Shown: positions 40,237 through 53,327 of the stretch, in pieces
How the letters are laid out: each line of letters begins with the position of its first letter
Position numbering within the stretch: the first letter of the stretch is position 1
DNA from: Bigelowiella natans CCMP2755
Taxonomy: Eukaryota; Protista; Cercozoa
Assembly (NCBI GenBank): GCA_000320545.1
Contig: ADNK01002378.1
Span: forward strand, 12,123 to 76,122
Direction: 5' to 3'
Length of the DNA: 64,000 bases
Made by a program: the position numbers and the translations under genes
Notes under the pieces: generated by a model
What the model was told of the DNA's origin: nothing
Database searches by the model: none
Seen by the model: the letters and a program-made list of their open reading frames with translations, nothing else

Positions 40237-41276
40237 AGTAGCAGTAGGAGGAGGAGGAGGAGGAGGAGAAAAGAAAGCTGATAGTAGAGCAGGAGCTGCA
40301 GCATCTTAAAGTTGATGCTACTGAATTGATGGATTGACATTGCTCCAAAAGCGAATTTGGGAAGTATCATGTTAGGAGGATTATTGTTACAAGAAAACTG
40401 GCCAACGATGGTGGAATAAGCTTTTTGAACTAACTGCGTATTTGTCATTAGGAGGAGCAGGGGATAGCGGCGACAGGATGTTTCTTCAAGAATCGTACAT
40501 CTACTTCTTTTCTTTCAGCTTCCCCGCCCCCCCAAAAATAGATTTCGATAGAATTTGACCTCTTATTTTGATGCAGTTAGAGGGAGTAAGTAATGGTAGC
40601 ACTGTTTAGAGAATGCACACACTACTCTTTCGGCCAAGCATAAAAAGGCCTACTTTCCCTTCCCCCCCGCCGCCCCCCGCCCCCTCATCATCGTCACACC
40701 TCCCTCTCCTCCTCCTCCCTTTCTTCTTTGCCTCTTCCAATGGGCCTCTCATTAGAGGAAAACAGCGACAGTCAGGAGAAGCAGCATCGGTGCGGAATGG
40801 TGGCAGCGGAAACGGGCAGAACAGTGTGACCATTATCAAAATTCCATTCGGGTATCGATTGCGTTGGTAGCCTTTTTTGGTAGAAGTTATAGTAAATTAG
40901 CCTTTTCCCACCGGGCTGTGATATTATCCTACCCCCCCAGCGATAAGCTTTGGGTACCACTCCACCTATATCCTTGTTTTGCTCACATATATTGACTTCG
41001 TGAATTCATATTCATAAATGTATATGATCGCCCTTCTGGTGGTACCATATTAACTTGGATTGTTTGATAAGGTCGTTGCTCGAGACCAACAGTGACTCGT
41101 GGATAGCTCCAGACTACAATGATAATAACGCTCACAACGAAAGTACACATGATGAAACGATCAGCAGTAAGCAGGCCATTCCTACTGCAGCGGCCGCTTC
41201 ATCGTTACAACTCGATGTCGGCTCGTCTCGTGCGCTTTTGGAGAAGGATTCATGTAAAAAATGTGTCTATGTTTGA
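38051..41276 (+). CDS. Secreted Gln/Gly-rich low-complexity protein, multi-exon, unknown function
   Basis: Signal peptide MRKRKGFVGMLSMSCVLMLLSMPAAAHS; polyQ exons (38215-38740, 39190-39310, 39448-39660); last exon ..SLLETNS..KKCVYV*. Connectivity of the 3' exons is inferred. Confidence 0.6.
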
Positions 41277-41299
41277 TGCAGAAGAGTTGCTACGCTTCT

Positions 41300-41870
41300 T
41301 TTAGGGGCACTTTTACACCAACGATTTTCGCTCTTATACGCATGCATGACCAACCAGCAGATACACTGCTCTCGGTATCACTCTACTGCTGGGAATAAGC
41401 GATTTTTCATCATGCGATATTAAACGTCATAGTTTCAATTGAAGCCATTTTATTGGTAGCCTAGCCAGAAGAGCGCTAACTCAGCAACCACACGCGTCGA
41501 TCGAAACAATTAGCTTGCCTACTTTGTTGCCATGCTAGCACGCGAGCAGCACAGGCATCTAAAAGTGTGGGTGAACTGCATGTACGCTGCTAAGAAAATG
41601 AAAGCATAGTAACTACCGAAATGATCAACGCACATGTGCTGCACCACACATTGCAACCATCATGTGTGGCCCCATAATTAATCCCCGCCAGTGCCACCAC
41701 AACGAGGCGCATCAAAGAAAGGCACATCAAACGAATTGGAGACATGTGATCACAATGGCCATGCTTATCATGCATGCAAAAATTTAGAATTTTAGATTGA
41801 TACCTAAAACACACTATATTTCTGCGAGCGTGCGTGGGGAACGACGAACCGCTAGACATTAATCACTAAC
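41300..41870. other. Palindrome-rich intergenic island 8, convergent junction
   Basis: CATGCTAGCA at 41531, GCATGCATG, GCACATGTGC, TGGCCATGC; followed by an imperfect (ACT/AAT)n tract. Confidence 0.6.
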
Positions 41871-41984
41871 ACAATAACTACAACTACTACTACTGCTATT
41901 AATACCACTACTATTCCTACTACTCTTACTAATAAATACTACAACCGCTGGGCAGTGCTACCACAGTACGTCTCTTTGTGACGC

Positions 41985-43011
41985 CTATTGCGACATGCCG
42001 AGAGCTGTCTCCTCCATGCACATGTTAAACACATCCTCGAAGGCCTCAGCAGCTGACTGCTCTCTTTTTAGGGCGACATCCAGCTCTGATGGCGCGCATG
42101 ATACGAACGTGTCCGCAATATCCGCAGCTCTGAAGTACCTGGGTCAGCACACATGGAAAACGGCGAGCTGTTGACTTTCCTCCTCGACGATTGTTGGAAT
42201 GTGCGTGTCATTTTTCTTACCTTCGGTAGTCGACCCTCTTCGCAGAAGTTGGACTACTTTCCAGCGGATTTCTCTTCGAGATAGCTCCGCCTAGCTCTGC
42301 TGTAAAGTTCGTGCATGTCGTTTATAAAGAAGGCCGAGGAATTTATTTTCGGTTGTGATCAGGTGAAAAACTAGTGTTTTATTTGCATCATAAAATGATC
42401 CCAGGAGGTTTGTTTTTTAATATTCATAAGTGAATCCGTGTCTAGTGCGTTTGTCTTTGCAATCGTCGTTTTAGATTCTGTTTCAATTCTTTCCCAACGG
42501 TGCGTTGGGTTTGTGGATAGATGTAACACCGTCGCTGAGCTTCTTCTTCGGTATCCTGGGATAAGACATGAAGATGATATGAGCATCTTTCCTCCCATAC
42601 ATACGAACACGCAACCACACAAACACGCACTCACACAATGTCATAGAGGTGCAAATGTATAAATATCTGGTATATCGACATTCTCGTTCCGAGCTTCCTA
42701 TTCTCCTTCGATTCCTCTTTGCATGCCGCCAGGTGCTTCAAAACACCCTTACGACCGTCTTGATCCCCATCATAATCCTGACCAACACAACAATTTCACG
42801 GCCGCTCACAAACATGAGATATATCGCTGCAGAGTCACCTGCAAGATCTTGATGCTTTTTCTCCTGGATTTCGGGCTAAGCGCGAAAGATCCTCGCCGAT
42901 TCTTCACAATGCTCGCTCTAAGTTAGGCAGCAACTTATTGTTTGGCGGTGATCGATTGAGGCCGTTCATAATCCAACGGAAAATGTGAGAAGTGTTATCT
43001 CAAAAGCTCTC

Positions 43012-43081
<70 letters not shown>

Positions 43082-44879
43082 CTTCTTGCATATCCCAATG
43101 TGCATACTATACAACTCACGAATACCGTCGCACACTCTGTCGCCGCTTCTTTTGGGCCTTTGATAACATAATTAATTGGAATGAAAACGATGAAATGAGT
43201 GCGAAACTGGAGATGAAACCCCAATCGAAACGTTCCTGCAACCAATAGCTCACAGGAATACCCCGGCCCAAATGAAAAGGCAAAAAGAAAGGCTAGGCGG
43301 AGGAGATCTGGCTTGAGTAAGATATGTTATTTACTGCAGGAATTTACCTGTCGTTTCTCCTTCTCTTTAAGCTCCGTTTCGGCGGAGCGCAGGTCGCGAA
43401 GAAAACCACAGAATGTCATCAACACTGTGTTCCAGTCACGGCTATACACATAGTAGCAACGAGGGAAAAGACGCCAATAACGATGGCGACATCAGTAATG
43501 ATTCGTTTATCGAGGTTACTATGAAAGGCAATACGCAAACAGAATGGCATATTATTATTCCTATTGCGTGCAATGTATCTATCCGACCCTTCTTCTTTGG
43601 TGGATTTCTCCCCAAAAAATGACTGCAGCCGTAAAGACATCTCTTCAATCTCCTCCAATGTCTCCATGAGGCTGTAAAAGGTGGTGGTGTAGCTTTAAAT
43701 AGTATTGTCCCGAACTCCATCCCCCCCCATCAACTCCAACAGAACACTCGTGCACGGGGTTGTATATGATACGGAGCTTTCAACGTAACAGGGTTAAATC
43801 CCGTATTAGACGACAGCACCAAAAATGAAGTCATGAGTGACACATGCTTTCATTTCAATCAGCTTCATCGGCGTTAAATCATTAATGTATTCATGTGAGC
43901 CGGCAAAGGATGTTGGTGCGGAGCAAGGTGACAGAACCTCGAGGCTGCAGATCCCCATTCCTCCACCGCATACTTTACTACGAAATGAAACCTTAGATAA
44001 AGATTGGAGGCAGAAGGGGGGAAACAGCAAGAGAGTGAGGTTTTGCAGCCAGAAACACGAACGAGAGACAGGCCAATCACATGGACAACGAGATCACAAC
44101 AACATGTATTAAACGAGTGAATCAGTAAGCGACCTGTCCTTGCGAGCTTCATCTTCTGCGTAGTCGAATGCTGGCTTGATGCTATCAAAGGCCGCATTGT
44201 CCTCTTCCCCCTCCATTTCCTCATCCTCCTTGCTGACAACTTTGGCGTGCTTCTTTTGGATCGACGCGGAATTCTTCTCCTTCTTCTTCTTTTTATCCAT
44301 CTTCATCTTCTTCTTATTAGTCTCCTCCTTCGTCTGAGAGTTTGTGCTCTTTCCTATGTTTCCATCCAGGAGATCCCGTGCCTTATCTGGATATACCATA
44401 TAGCCCAACGTTAGGATTATCACCCACGAATCTGCACCCCGTAGTATGCATAATACTATCGATCATTTGGCATGTACTAACAACTTTCCATGTCCCGCCC
44501 CCCATCCGAATTCCGAAGGACCCGTGGTGCTCAGTGCTAGGGAGGTGGAGGGGGGATGGGAGGTGGGAGGAGTGACACCTTGGTCATTGGTTTCTTTCCT
44601 TGTCTTCTTCTCAGCCTCGATCTCGTTGCAATTCTGCTGTCCTTCTTTCTTATCTTCTTCATCGCCGTCACCAGCTATTCGTTCCACTTCTAAAGGAATC
44701 CCCGCTATTTCGTACAGCGACTTCGTCTTCAACGTGAAAGCTCCGATCGAGGCTTTGAGGTCGTTATGGTTTGCCTCCAAAGCTCTCTATATTTGCAATG
44801 CAATTGCGTTCAGAGAGAGAGGTGCCGGATTGATACGCAAAATTTGTAAGTAAGCTTTTACCCGTCTTTGTGTTCTTTG

Positions 44880-44921
<42 letters not shown>

Positions 44922-45632
44922 GCGTGTGCGTGTGCGTGTGCGTGTGCAGATGTTACTTCTCGCTTATTCACACCCACCATACGTGTTTGCCGAATTATGA
45001 TGAAGAAAGAGATGCGTACCTCGAAAATCTGCAAATCTTCAAAGACGGACCGAGCACCCTCATGTTCCGGCTGGAGAGAGGAAAGCAAGTAGATGGGGTG
45101 GGGGGGGGGAGGAAGAAATGGCGCAATATATATTCTACAGTTGGTTTTACTTGAATTTGAACGATGTATGCTATCATCAAGACGCCCTCCCCCCCCCCCC
45201 AACCCCGTGATGAAACACACCTGCTGTATCATCTTCGCCAAGAAGTGCAAGAGAGTGATATTGCCCTTACCGCGAATAGACCCTGGTAAGGAGTTGACGG
45301 GCAGAGAGCGGGGGCCAGTATGAGCATGCGTTTCAGAGAGTCTTCGCAACAATACTCATATTGTTGGTGTTTTATCGGTATCATCATCATCATCATCATC
45401 ATCATTACGAACCGAGGCTCGAGAGAATTCCAATTTTAAAGCCGTGAGTACTTCGGCCTAGAAAGAAAAATCGGAGAAACGGTCAGCACTTGACGAGGAG
45501 CCAGCCCCCTTGCCCCCCTGTTCCCCTCTCTCCAGTCGTTCGGTCAGAAACACGACTACGAAGATCCAGAGAGGATAAATCAATCGACACTATTTGCATC
45601 TACGAAATAATCTTGTACAAAGCGATCTATAT

Positions 45633-45693
<61 letters not shown>

Positions 45694-46937
45694 ACACATA
45701 TACATGCCCGCACAAATGCAACTTCTCATTATCCAACATCTCCTAACCATTCATGAAACTGCCGATGATGAGGATCAGCTTGAGCACGTAGCTAAGTGCA
45801 CTGGAATTTTGCAGCCGCGTAAGGGCCTCCCTCACGCACCTTGTTAGGCAAATACAACACAGGCAGAGTCGCGAGTTCTTTAGCGACGATTTTGAGCTGT
45901 GTATCTGTGTTTATATTCACGCGTTTGTTGCGTGCGTGTGTGCAGTACTCGAGCGACGTCCGAAAGATGGCTATCTTCGCAGGGGCAGTTTTTATGAACT
46001 TCATCGTTTCGAGCCTCCTCGAAACCTGGCATAAAAACAATATTAAACAATATACACATTTAATATTTATATTTTTGTGTATATCAACACTTTTATGCGT
46101 GGGCGTTTGTGTCTGAACGCGTGGTCCTAGCAACGAATCACGGTGCAAACGCGTGAAAGCACAGCACATACGTTCGGGATCGTGATCATCGATTTGAAGA
46201 ACTTCTCCGCATCAGTAAGTACGTCTAATTCACCGTTGTATGCTGGATGGGAAAGAAAGGAACTCAGTAGTGTAGATGCCGACTTCATTTTCACAAGGAG
46301 ATAATTAGCAAATATTATAATAATAATACTAGGGATTATCTCTCTCTCCCTCTCCCTCTCCCTCTCCCTCTCCCTCTCCTCTTTCTTTTTTCCCCCCCCC
46401 CCCCCCCCTTCTCTCTCTCTCCATCTCTTTTAATTGCCCGTCTTCCATTTTCATCGCTTTCGATATTCCGACTTTCCAATATATTCGCGGATGCGTGTGT
46501 ATGCGTTTGAGGCGTTTCTACACATACCCTCGAGAAGCTCGGTCTCGGCAGATGTCGGCATGACACGGAGCAAAGTCTCGATCTAAAGGAAGAAAGAACA
46601 TCCGGGGGAAGAAGCAGAGAAAAACGGCCTGAAGTATATTCAAGAAATGAAACAAAAAAAGGCTGCGTGTACTAGGTCGTCCTGTATGCGGTCTATAGCG
46701 TCTGAAGCTCTTATCGAGACCGATAAACCTTCTTCTTCTTCCCCTGCACGTGGATATTGAAATGTAAGTAATTGTCCTCACAAAGCACGTTGCAGTTATG
46801 AAACAACTGTCACCAATAACGGTTTGCATCACCTTCCTTCTTCTGCGGGATGGACCCTTCGTACCTAGTATTTTGTCGTATATAATACATATATACCATT
46901 ATGGCTGAATGAGTGTGTTCAGTAAATATGGGTAAAG

Positions 46938-46979
<42 letters not shown>

Positions 46980-47483
46980 ATCATGCTATCAGTCGATGCG
47001 AGTCGGGCGGAATCATGATCCGACTTATACACAGACATATTTTTCTTACTCGAAGATGATCCTCGCCACTCCCTTCGCCGCAGCAACGTTGCGCCTACGT
47101 TCAATTTCCAAAGTTTTGGGGTCATGTTCTTCTTCTTCCTCCTCCTCCTCATCTGCAGTGGTATCATCGTCGCTTGTCTTCTCGAGCCTCTGCTGCATCA
47201 TTTGGCGCTTCTGCTTTGCTGACAGGCAAACAACTAATCCGAACTGCCTGACAAAGCTCTCCGCCACCGTATGGACAATCCTCTCCACTGATTTAGGCGC
47301 CGGGGGGGGGAAAGAGGCAAGGGAGATAGGTGAGATTTATGTAATAAATATACTTGGTCATTGGTTGAATGGTGTGCTCATTGAATCAGTGTTTCGATAT
47401 TTCATCGCACCGTTGTAGGATGGCGTTGTTGATGTAAGTAGTAAGAGGGCACAGAATCTCCTCTCCCATTTACAGCTCTCATT

Positions 47484-47561
<78 letters not shown>

Positions 47562-47847
47562 ACACACAAACACGCACACACTTTTATCCCCTCCTCCTCC
47601 CCTCTCTCTCCCTCTCCCATCTTTGCATGAATCACGTACGCGGCGTCTCCACTGCGGGCATGGTGAACAGCATTTCGAGCTGAGGGCTAAATGACAAGTA
47701 CCGAGCGAGCGATATCCCTGGGGAAGAGGAAAGAATAGGAGCAATATTAGTAGTAGTAGTTGTTGTTGCAGGTGAGATGGGGAAAGAGTGAATCATCAAT
47801 GAGAGCATGAAAAAGTAATCGAATTTAAGAAAGAATGCTATTTGAAG

Positions 47848-47883
<36 letters not shown>

Positions 47884-48100
47884 GAGGAAAGAACATAAGG
47901 AGGGGGTGAGGAGAGGCGCAGGGGGTTGGAGAAGCGTTTACAAAAGTTGTTAGTCTTGGAAGAACGATGCTCTTTAGTTACGTATCACAACCCAACATCC
48001 CACAACAACTTCGATAAATTATTCTTTTTGGAGAAAGACTCGTGGTGCGACGTAGTACCGGCATTCAGCACGCGTTTGGGGTCGAGGATCATCGCCTGCA

Positions 48101-48136
<36 letters not shown>

Positions 48137-51100
48137 GCGCACAGATGGTGTGCAATGATTGATTAATTTCTTCCGAGTTGTTTCTTAGATACACGCATTC
48201 GACATAGGCCTTTGCTCGTATAACTGTTGTTAAATAGGCTAAATATCTTCTTAAAGTGTAGTTGCTAAGCTAGGGAAGGTGAAGCTTGAGAAAGCAGCAA
48301 AGGTGCATACGCATATGCAACAACAACAATAGCAACTATCGTATTCACGACGTCACCACCTTCTTTTCTTCCTTATCCCCGCCCGACTTTACTGTTGTTG
48401 TTGTCGTTTTGTTATAATATTTTCAAAGAAAAATATTCACGGGATATATGCTACGGATTTATGCTGCTATTTCTTGCTCTCCCTATTTTCTGTTCCGCCC
48501 CACCCCTCTTTTGCTGTGTTAATTCGCAGTGTGGCAGTAAAAACGTGCATCTGTGCACGGATATTTGCGATGACATACCACACCACCTAATCGATCGTCG
48601 CAAAGATGCGTAGCAGGAGCGAAATAATAAAAACAGAAAAGAGAAAGAGAGAAAGACAGAGGACCTCGAGTGCCTCTCCGACCCCGCTTCATTTTGGGAG
48701 CTGAGAAGTGGCCTTCCAAATCTGCCAGTACAGACCCAGGTCAGACAGTTTTTCGATATCATCAAAAGAATTGCATGCCATTTTGTCATCATCATCATCG
48801 TATCCTTGCCTTTACCAGAGAAGTCCACGAAGCTCGTGGCGGAGGTCGTATCGTCGCTTGCAGACACGAGTCGCTCCCAGAGCGTATCAGCAATGTCCAT
48901 TGGGCCCAGCCTCACCCAATGCACCTGAAGAGATGATGATCACCATTTTGGATGCTGCTAATATCTATTAGTTTCTCTGTGCACAACCTTCTTCATTGGC
49001 ACGCTAGGTTTTGGAATATCAAGGGCCTCTTTCCTCGGGGCTGATAGCCCCCCCATCATGGGAGGCGGCGGCAGTCCGGGAGGCGGCGGCACTCCCCCTC
49101 CCATCAAGGGCGGCGGTGGTGGAATCCCGCTCAAACCTGGAGGCGGAGGCAGTGCTAGATCAGGGGGGGGGGGAATGCTACTTGCCTCTTCCTCCTTTTC
49201 GTTTCCAGCTGCTCCTGGTAGTGGTGGGGGAGGAGTAGAAGGAGTCTTCCCTGGCATCGTTGAGGGGGCAAAAGAACCCCTTCCGCCGCTTTGCTGTGCT
49301 TCTCCGTTAGTGAGTGCATCCGGTAGCGTGCCCCTGTCAGGGCGTATTCGGCAACAACAAAAGCACAGTCGCAAAGGTTAGTTGCGTCTATGAGACCGAG
49401 CGCTCGACAAGGGCGTTCCCATTCAATTGCACGTTCATTCATTACGTGAGAAATTATATAATACTAGCTGCCAACCCCTCGCGGACGAATGCGCTGACTT
49501 CCTCTAACTGGACCTCGGTAAGGCCCTGTTGTTATCAGCGAAGAACCGCGAACAACAACACAGGCAGAACAATAGGTAGGGGGGAGGGAGAGAGCCCTCA
49601 TTGAGTGGAAAGAAAAGACGATAGGCGTCCAGATGCAGCACACACATACGCACTCGTATACACACGCAGACGTCCAAGTATTGCAAGAAAGGAGAAATAA
49701 AACAACAGGCGAAGCCGCGTGTGTGATAAAACACGGATGATGCTATCGTGGCACCGATTTTGCCATGATAGAGCATAGCCTGAAAGGCGAGACTCGCTGT
49801 CCTGCACTCATTCCTCCATGAATCGCGCCGAATTTGCCACTGTTTCCACTCCCTCTTCTCGTCGGCGTCTCCAGGCTATCATCAAGAGTGATCACACGAT
49901 GCCTTGGCCCTGTCGTCGTGATAGCACGAAAGATGGTAGTAGTGAGTCGGTGCCAAAAGGGATGAAGAGGAAGAAGAAGAAGAAGATGAGGATAACGAAG
50001 ACACGCATGCATTAACATCACCATCATCATTATCATCATCATCATAACTGCTATTCTACTCATCGCCTCTTTCTCTTTTGCAGGGGATATCGGCTTACGT
50101 GAGACGCCTGCAATCAGTCCCTGCATTGCACGGCCCCTGCGGCTCTGCACCCGCTCCGTTTTCTTCGTGCCCCCCCCTCGATGTTTTCCGGCGGAGGAAA
50201 GGCCCATCTTCTTCCGGAATAATAGTCCTTTATCATAGTGCGAGAATCGCGAAGAGGAGGTGCCGAAACCCGACTTTGGCGTTGCTTTCTTAGTCGATCG
50301 ATTATCCGGCGTTTGGGAAGCATTCGAGTTCCTTCGCCGCCAGTTTTTCCGGCGTAATCGTGGGTCGCTTTGCGTTCCGTGGAGGGGCAAGTGAGTGTGG
50401 CTACGCACGTGGTCTTGCATCTGCCGGAGAGTCATCCTGCCACCTACAATGCGACCTACAATCGCTTTGTTTCTCATTTGTGTTTCATTGTATGTGGAAT
50501 TAGTCGCTACCTTGGATGTATTTACGGTCTCGGCCGTCGCTGCCACCGTCATCAAAGACCTGGGGGCAGCTCCTTGGGCTCGCACTAGTTGAGGACGACG
50601 CGGCTTTTGAAGACCGCGAATACTCGTTAAATATCTGCGATTTGGGGCTGCTTAGATCGCTACCATTGCTGAAAGGGCTTTGCCGGATGCGCGACTGTGG
50701 ATACAATCTATTCCCAGTCGTTGCCGCATGTTCGTTTGTGCTGATCTCATGTGCGAGTTCATGCGAGGGGCTAAAGGAGAACACTTTGGGGGATGTCCGG
50801 TAAGACGATGACAGGCTTTTCGATGGCTGGATAATTGCCTTCTATAAGTTGAACAGTGAAGTAGAGGAGCAAAAACACGTCGTAAGGGGGGCGGGGGGGG
50901 GGGGGGTAAACAGTCTCTTCGAGAAGAAAGCGGAAGACAACACAGAGGGAAGAGAGACAAATACGTGTACATTCAGCCCAACCGCTCGTGCCGACTGTGA
51001 GAGATGCCGTTGATGCCTCCTTTTTGCACCTATACAAGGCATCACGACACGTATTGAAAGCGAAGAAAGAAACGAGTCACTAGCATCCGCGGCGGAGCGC

Positions 51101-51474
51101 TGTAGCTGAGGATATAATTCACCTCTAGAACTCCTTGCCGATAGGTGGGTTGTCACTGAACAGATGGACCACGAATCACTGATGTTCCTCGGCGTACTGT
51201 CAAGTGACGAGGAGGGGCAATGGCTGGAGTCGACCGCTATTGCCAGGCTTTTACCAGCAGATTCTCTCTTTTTCAGCGCCGTGGTTGGCGTGGGACGGGG
51301 CGAAGGAGACGCCCGAAGCTGCAGTCTAAATGGGGGAGAGGGGGCTGATTTTTGAATTGGACTTTCGTTAAAATAGGGATCTGAAGACTTGACTCCAATG
51401 CTAGCGATCGATGTCCTATGAAGTCATTTAAGTGCGTGAGATTCAATGGAAAAGTGAAGAAGGAAACGATGTTA

Positions 51475-51512
<38 letters not shown>

Positions 51513-51584
51513 CACACGCCTGCAACAAACGGGCAAAACTGCACATCGTGTCACTCATGCAATTGCCAATCACAATCGCACGTG

Positions 51585-51620
<36 letters not shown>

Positions 51621-53041
51621 GGAAACATTATCATGAGAATTTCTTGAGGAAGTAGTAGACGACCCGGAATAACAACGAGCCTTCAATAGGGTTGCAGCCG
51701 AATCGATCGCTAATTGCGAGCTCCTCGACGGCAGCTGACCGACAGTGCTATGACTCTCATCGTCCTTATCCCCCATATCCCTTCTCCCATCGTCCTCTTT
51801 GTCTTCAGAAATCAGAATTGGTGAATTGTTATAAACATCATCGTCATCGTCGCTCGGTGGCGAGGGGGGCGGAGTGTCTGGCCTGTGCGGAAGCGTTGAC
51901 TGTTTTTGGAGAGCAGAGGAGGTTGCTGCTGCTTCCCTTTTCTTACCCTTAAAGTTAAAATGGAGAACTTTCCTGGGAGGACTTCGAGATAGGCCACGAG
52001 CATATTTGCTATTGAGTATGCGATGTTTGCGACGCTGGCGGCTGTTTTGAGTCGACCGGCTGTATGCAGGACCGTCATTGTCATTACCAGTTTCGTTGCT
52101 TTGATTGGGATGATACTGCAGACGATGGTTATGATGATGGTGCTGCTTCCATGGAGAGTTGGCGATATCATTGGAATCCTCATTCCTGAGGTATTAGCAA
52201 TGAAAAAACGATAAACATTCGATGAAATCGCCCTCCTCGTGCTTTCAATATGTGTGAGGAAGAATTTGTTGGTTGTATGATTGTAGTGTATCTAAATCTC
52301 TTACGGATTTATCGCTTCGGAAGCATTCAACGTGGTCGCAGTTATCTTGAGGTTATATCGTTTTGGCTTAGGAGACCAAGTTGTTCCCTTCTTTCCATGG
52401 GTGATCGTCCTCCTCTTGGACCTATGGAATCATGAGTTGTGTGTTTCGCGTGCATCCTACTAGTTGTGCATTTTCTTATGTTTCCACGTAGGTTACATGC
52501 ATATATTCTGTGAAAATTTTTGCATTAATGTTGTATTTATCTTCATATCTTCTACTATCTATGCAACAAACTCAAACACACTCCTGCCTCCCGCAACGTC
52601 AGTGTGTGTTTGAGAGAGAGAGAGAGAGAGAAGGGGGGAGGGCGGGGGGAAGGGAAGGAGAAACTACTCGCAGACATTTAATACTGCAGGCCGAAAGATA
52701 ACATTTTGCTCATATGAATCAAGTAACAGCTGTCCACTTTGGGATGACTCCTATGAACTTCTAGTGTTCTTTACCTGCGATTTTTCAGCCCTTCGTCTCT
52801 CTTTTGCACCTTTTTTTCAGTATTCTTATTGCTGTCATCATCCGCAGCCTAAGGAAAGCAAAACTTAAACCGACGGTCACCGATAATTGATAAGCTACAA
52901 GCTCAATAAGCGCAGTTTACAAGTTCCCGCAGGTATTTGAGAGCGTCCTCGGCTTCTATCATCTGGGAGCACCCCTCAATCGGACTGCGTCCTGGGTCTG
53001 TTCAACGTAATGTTACGGTGTGCAGAAGCACTCTCATCCAT
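41985..53041 (-). CDS. Formin (FH1 + FH2) with long low-complexity N-terminus; many exons
   Basis: Polyproline FH1 at 49030-49240; FH2 exons [71 protein letters not shown]. 5' and 3' ends approximate. Confidence 0.88.
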
Positions 53042-53327
53042 TGAACCTTCGCCCTACGAGAAGAAAAGCATATAAATGAGTAAACTCCTGCATGCCGAGA
53101 TGAAGTGTCTACAAGACTACCGTCAAACATCGAAATGCACACACAATTGCTAGATCCCATTTGCAAGTGGAGCAAGACCCCAAGCACTAATATATACAAT
53201 ATAGCTATGGCGCTACCCCTTCATCCCTTCTTTTTCAAGCACTCTATTTCTAACACCCGCATGGATCCCTCTGCAAACCCACTATCCCTTCACCCAGCCC
53301 TGACCCATCAAGCTGTCTGTAATCCAG

